Positions 50,481-53,606 of a DNA stretch of 53,606 nucleotides are shown piece after piece. The translations under genes were made by a program, and so were the position numbers. Every line of letters starts with the position of its first letter. Position 1 is the stretch's first letter. A model generated the notes under the pieces. It did not search any database, was not told where the DNA came from, and worked only from the letters and a program-made list of their open reading frames with translations. The DNA is taken from NCBI GenBank assembly GCA_046318155.1, contig JBKCUU010000067.1, forward strand, positions 1 through 53,606, written 5' to 3'. The stretch is from Bdellovibrio sp. (lineage in GTDB: Bacteria > Bdellovibrionota > Bdellovibrionia > Bdellovibrionales > Bdellovibrionaceae).

Positions 50481-51671
50481 ATGATGAAGCGAAACATGCG
50501 AAACATAAAATTTCTTGTTCTCATCAGCATTTTGTTTTTAGCAGCACTTCAAGCCGCAGCCCAAGCTCCAGCGCTTGTTGAGCGGGTGGTCGAGGTGAAA
50601 ACCGGGGAGAAGAATCCGTCTTTAGCGCGAACGCAGTTGATGAACATGGCTGCGGATAAGGTTTCAGAAGAGCTCATCAAAGAAATCATCGGCGAACAAA
50701 AGGTGCAAAAAAATCGCTCGATGATCATGGCTAAGATTGTAAGAAAATCAGCTTCTTTTTTGCCTTTTTCAAAGGCGGGTGAACTGCAGCCCGTTCAAGG
50801 TACTGAAGGATTTCAAATGTCCGTCACACTTCGGGCAAATTTAGATCAGCTTCAGGCACTTTTGCTCGAGAATGGATTGTTTTACGATAGCGACCTGGCG
50901 CCCGCAGCACTGCCTTTGATTAAATGGCAGGACCGGGTCAACTCACGTGGCTTTGCCTGGTGGACAGAATCCGAGCCCAACTTCTTGTCGCAAGAGTCTC
51001 GTGTTTTTGAAAAGAGTCTGCAGGATGCGTTTTTGAAATCTGGTTTCTTTGTCTTAAGGCCCCAAACATTTGCTTATGAAGACATGCTCCCTCGCGAACA
51101 GCGTTTGGAGTCGCCGCCGCCAGATCAAATCGCCAATTGGGCTCAAGTTTGGAATGCGCAGATTTTGATCCAGGGTCACGTGCAGATGCTTAAAGGCGAG
51201 CGGACAGACGCCGTTCAACTCGATATTCGGTTGACCGCCGTTCAAGCTTTAAACAACCGAGTCATTGCTGAAGTCGCTCGCAAGTTTGAGACCGAGCCGG
51301 GGGCCTTTGAAGCCGTGCTGGGGCGCAAACTGAAAGAAGTGACGCCCCTCCTCGTGACGGATTTAGCAGCCCAAGTTCTTGAGGCCTGGAAACAAGGCAC
51401 TATCAACTCGCAGCTTTATCGCCTTAAAATCGCGGGAAAGGTCAGTCTCCCGATGCAGGAGGGGATAAAAGAAGGTTTGCGCTCAAAAGTACGCGAGATT
51501 AAATCCGTTAAAGAGCGATTGATCTCGGCGGATACCCTTGTTTATGAAATTGATTCTTCGCTCACGCCGCCCGAGATCGCAAAAAAGTTGGGGGAGCTTG
51601 ACCTGCAAGGGTTGAAGTTGGTTTTGGATTCTGTGAATGAAAAAGAAATCGTTTTGAAAGTGAAAAGGTAA
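50481..51671 (+). CDS. Exported hypothetical protein, possibly FlgT-N-like
   Basis: Signal peptide; GGGAG RBS; directly upstream of a CsgG/FlgT-like lipoprotein gene. Confidence 0.7.
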   Translation: MMKRNMRNIKFLVLISILFLAALQAAAQAPALVERVVEVKTGEKNPSLARTQLMNMAADKVSEELIKEIIGEQKVQKNRSMIMAKIVRKSASFLPFSKAGELQPVQGTEGFQMSVTLRANLDQLQALLLENGLFYDSDLAPAALPLIKWQDRVNSRGFAWWTESEPNFLSQESRVFEKSLQDAFLKSGFFVLRPQTFAYEDMLPREQRLESPPPDQIANWAQVWNAQILIQGHVQMLKGERTDAVQLDIRLTAVQALNNRVIAEVARKFETEPGAFEAVLGRKLKEVTPLLVTDLAAQVLEAWKQGTINSQLYRLKIAGKVSLPMQEGIKEGLRSKVREIKSVKERLISADTLVYEIDSSLTPPEIAKKLGELDLQGLKLVLDSVNEKEIVLKVKR

Positions 51672-51673
51672 AT

Positions 51674-52615
51674 ATGGTTCAATCAAGTCGCCTTCATGGA
51701 TGGATGCTCTTGTTTCTTGTTTTTCTCTCGGGCTGTTCGATGTTTCAAACAGCTGAAGTGGGATCGAAAAAAGAAATCCACGATGACAACCGCGCTGCCG
51801 GCCGTGAGGACGGCGGGGTCCGCAAACGGATGATGGTCTTGCCTTTTTTGGATTCTTCGGTCTCGCGAGGGCAAGACTTGCGAGATGAAGCGCGCGAAGA
51901 GTTTATTCGTGAGATCAACCGAACTCGCTCGATCGTGGCCGTCGATTCAACAGATCTTAAAGTTGATTTTTCAAAAAATATTAAAAACGGCGAATACGAT
52001 ATGTCGGCCATTGCAAAGCCCGCCGGTGCTTTGGGCGTTCAAGCGATTCTTGAGGGAAAGCTTCTAAATTTGAGCGTAAAGCGCATGGCAGATCCCGTCG
52101 GGATTTTTCGCCAAGTCAAAACAAAGTTCGAAGCGCAGGCCCGCATCCGGATTTTTACGGCAAGATCAGGCCGCGAAATTTTTAACACGGTCAAGACGGT
52201 GACACTAGAAGAAGCCAATGTTCGAGTCGCTGAGCGCGTCGATTCAGATCGGTTCCTCACCAACAACCCCGAGTTGGTCCGTAAATTGGTTCAAGAGGCC
52301 TTTTTAGACTTTACTCCACAAATCATGGCCGCCTTGGATAAAATGAGCTGGGAAGGGCGCATTGCGATGGTGAATGGCGATCGCATTTTTTTGAACGTCG
52401 GAATGGTTTCGGGATTGCAAATTGGTGATATTTTAAAGGTCTCTGAGGATGGCGATGAAATCTATGATCCTCAGACTGGCAACTACATCGGTAAAACTCC
52501 TGGACGCATGAAGGGGACCTTAGAGGTGGTCAGCTACTTTGGCCAAGACGGCGCGATCTCGATCATTCACTCGGGCTCTGGCTTTCGTGAAAGCGACCGC
52601 ATTGAATTGTACTAA
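51674..52615 (+). CDS. CsgG/FlgT-like lipoprotein
   Basis: Lipobox LSGC; MVLPF..., LGVQAILEG; FlgT_C-like GRIAMVNGDRIFLNVG..SGLQIGD...DPQTG. Confidence 0.7.
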   Translation: MVQSSRLHGWMLLFLVFLSGCSMFQTAEVGSKKEIHDDNRAAGREDGGVRKRMMVLPFLDSSVSRGQDLRDEAREEFIREINRTRSIVAVDSTDLKVDFSKNIKNGEYDMSAIAKPAGALGVQAILEGKLLNLSVKRMADPVGIFRQVKTKFEAQARIRIFTARSGREIFNTVKTVTLEEANVRVAERVDSDRFLTNNPELVRKLVQEAFLDFTPQIMAALDKMSWEGRIAMVNGDRIFLNVGMVSGLQIGDILKVSEDGDEIYDPQTGNYIGKTPGRMKGTLEVVSYFGQDGAISIIHSGSGFRESDRIELY

Positions 52616-53210
52616 GTGGACTTATGAATCTGAATGGAAAGGACTTGTCCCTTACGAGGACGCTCTGTTGTTGCAGCAAAACTTGGCGGAACAAATTGCT
52701 CAAGGGCGAAGTCTCAGCCGCGTGCTGGGCCTTGAGCATCCTCACGTCATCACCCTAGGGCGGCGATCAAAGATGGATCCCGTGTTGCCACCAGGGCCGA
52801 TCGTCTGGACCGAACGGGGCGGTGAGGCCACGCTGCACTCCGAGGGGCAGTTGGTGATCTATCCTTTGATGAAGCTAAGACCCCACTTCGAGGTCCGAAC
52901 CTGGGTCGAGCATCTTTTAAGTGTCACGCAGCGAAGCTTCTTGGCCATTGGGATCGAAGCCAAAATCGGCGAGCAATCGGGGCTTTGGACGAACCAAGGT
53001 AAGATCGCCTTTTTGGGTTTACGAGTAAAAAACGGCGTCAGCATGCATGGTCTTTCGATCAATGTTCATAATGACCTCAAACTTTTTGGTGCGATCAAAG
53101 CTTGCGGTGTGCAAGATGCCTTGATCGATTCACTCTCGAATCAAAACGTGAAGCTGTCTCCACAAGAATTTTTTCAGGTCTGGCTTGGCGAGTTCACAAA
53201 GCGCGCCTAG
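52602..53210 (+). CDS. lipB: Lipoyl(octanoyl) transferase
   Basis: LEHPHVITLGR, RGGEATLHSEGQLVIYP, KIAFLG, HGLSIN, ACG; start approximate. Confidence 0.9.
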   Translation: MNCTKWTYESEWKGLVPYEDALLLQQNLAEQIAQGRSLSRVLGLEHPHVITLGRRSKMDPVLPPGPIVWTERGGEATLHSEGQLVIYPLMKLRPHFEVRTWVEHLLSVTQRSFLAIGIEAKIGEQSGLWTNQGKIAFLGLRVKNGVSMHGLSINVHNDLKLFGAIKACGVQDALIDSLSNQNVKLSPQEFFQVWLGEFTKRA

Positions 53211-53287
53211 GGAGTATTTGGTCGGTGTTAAGCAAGCATTCCTGTTTTACTACAAAAGGCAGTAGTAAAGAACGCTTTACTAGCAGC

Positions 53288-53482
53288 ATGAGCAACAGAA
53301 TAACGGGATTCTATAGAGAAACAACATTGGCTGGCGAAACGATAAAGGCATTTGTGCCTAAAGAGCTTCCTCCTGCAGATCCAGTTCTCGAATTGTCTCA
53401 AGAAATAAATACTCTTTTATCGGAAGCAAAAACCAGGTTATCTGAAATCAAGATTGCATCCCATTTATTGACTAACGCATAA
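53288..53482 (+). pseudogene. Truncated Fic-family gene, N-terminal 64 aa only
   Basis: GETIKAFVPKELPP...LLSEAKTRLSEI...LLTN resembles the Fic N-terminus; stops before the SSxIEG and HPFxDGNGR motifs. Confidence 0.6.
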
Positions 53483-53506
53483 ATAAAGGCGCAGTGGGCG
53501 ATGGAA

Positions 53507-53604
53507 TTGCTGAGCGAAAAATGGCGCACAGAGAAAAAGCCCCGGAGGCGTGGCTAAAGCCACGTCGAGGAGCTTTTTCGAGTACGTCATTTTGTAGCCA
53601 GCAA
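53507..53604. repeat. About 100-nt imperfect palindrome (MITE/RPE-like), possibly cut by the window end
   Basis: Nested arms TTGCTG/CAGCAA, AAAATGGCGCAC/GTACGTCATTTT, GAAAAAGC/GCTTTTTC and GGCGTGGC-TAAA-GCCACGTC. Confidence 0.7.
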
Positions 53605-53606
53605 GG

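Overview
Bacterial chromosome segment, most consistent with a Bdellovibrionota (Bdellovibrio-like) genome; this is inferred from the gene repertoire and order, not from a database search. Positions 1-7067 are the right arm of an AT-richer element integrated at the 3' end of an initiator tRNA-fMet gene (7068-7144, minus strand). The arm carries a Rep_trans-type rolling-circle initiator cut by the window edge, a coupled pair of a small protein and a papain-like protein, a structured non-coding region, a tyrosine integrase that appears split by a frameshift, and a MarR-controlled redox operon. That operon (AhpD/CMD, redoxin, exported protein, thioredoxin, Rof/YaeO-like Rho inhibitor, group III truncated globin with an N-terminal Cys pair) is the best candidate for an undescribed system, possibly linking redox sensing to Rho antitermination. 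The rest is mostly core genome: trhO, prfC, a YadGH-like ABC pair, ffh-rpsP-khpA-rimM-trmD-SPOUT MTase-rplS-rnhB-yraN, CHASE2 adenylate cyclase-lptD, STAS protein, VKOR-DsbA fusion, ChaN-like, GYF, TPR and coiled-coil genes, pyk, a cNMP-binding protein, thiolase/CoA-transferase genes, miaB, guaBA, dnaE, a FlgT/CsgG-like pair and lipB. The window ends in a truncated Fic gene followed by a long imperfect palindrome. All calls come from motif recognition by eye.
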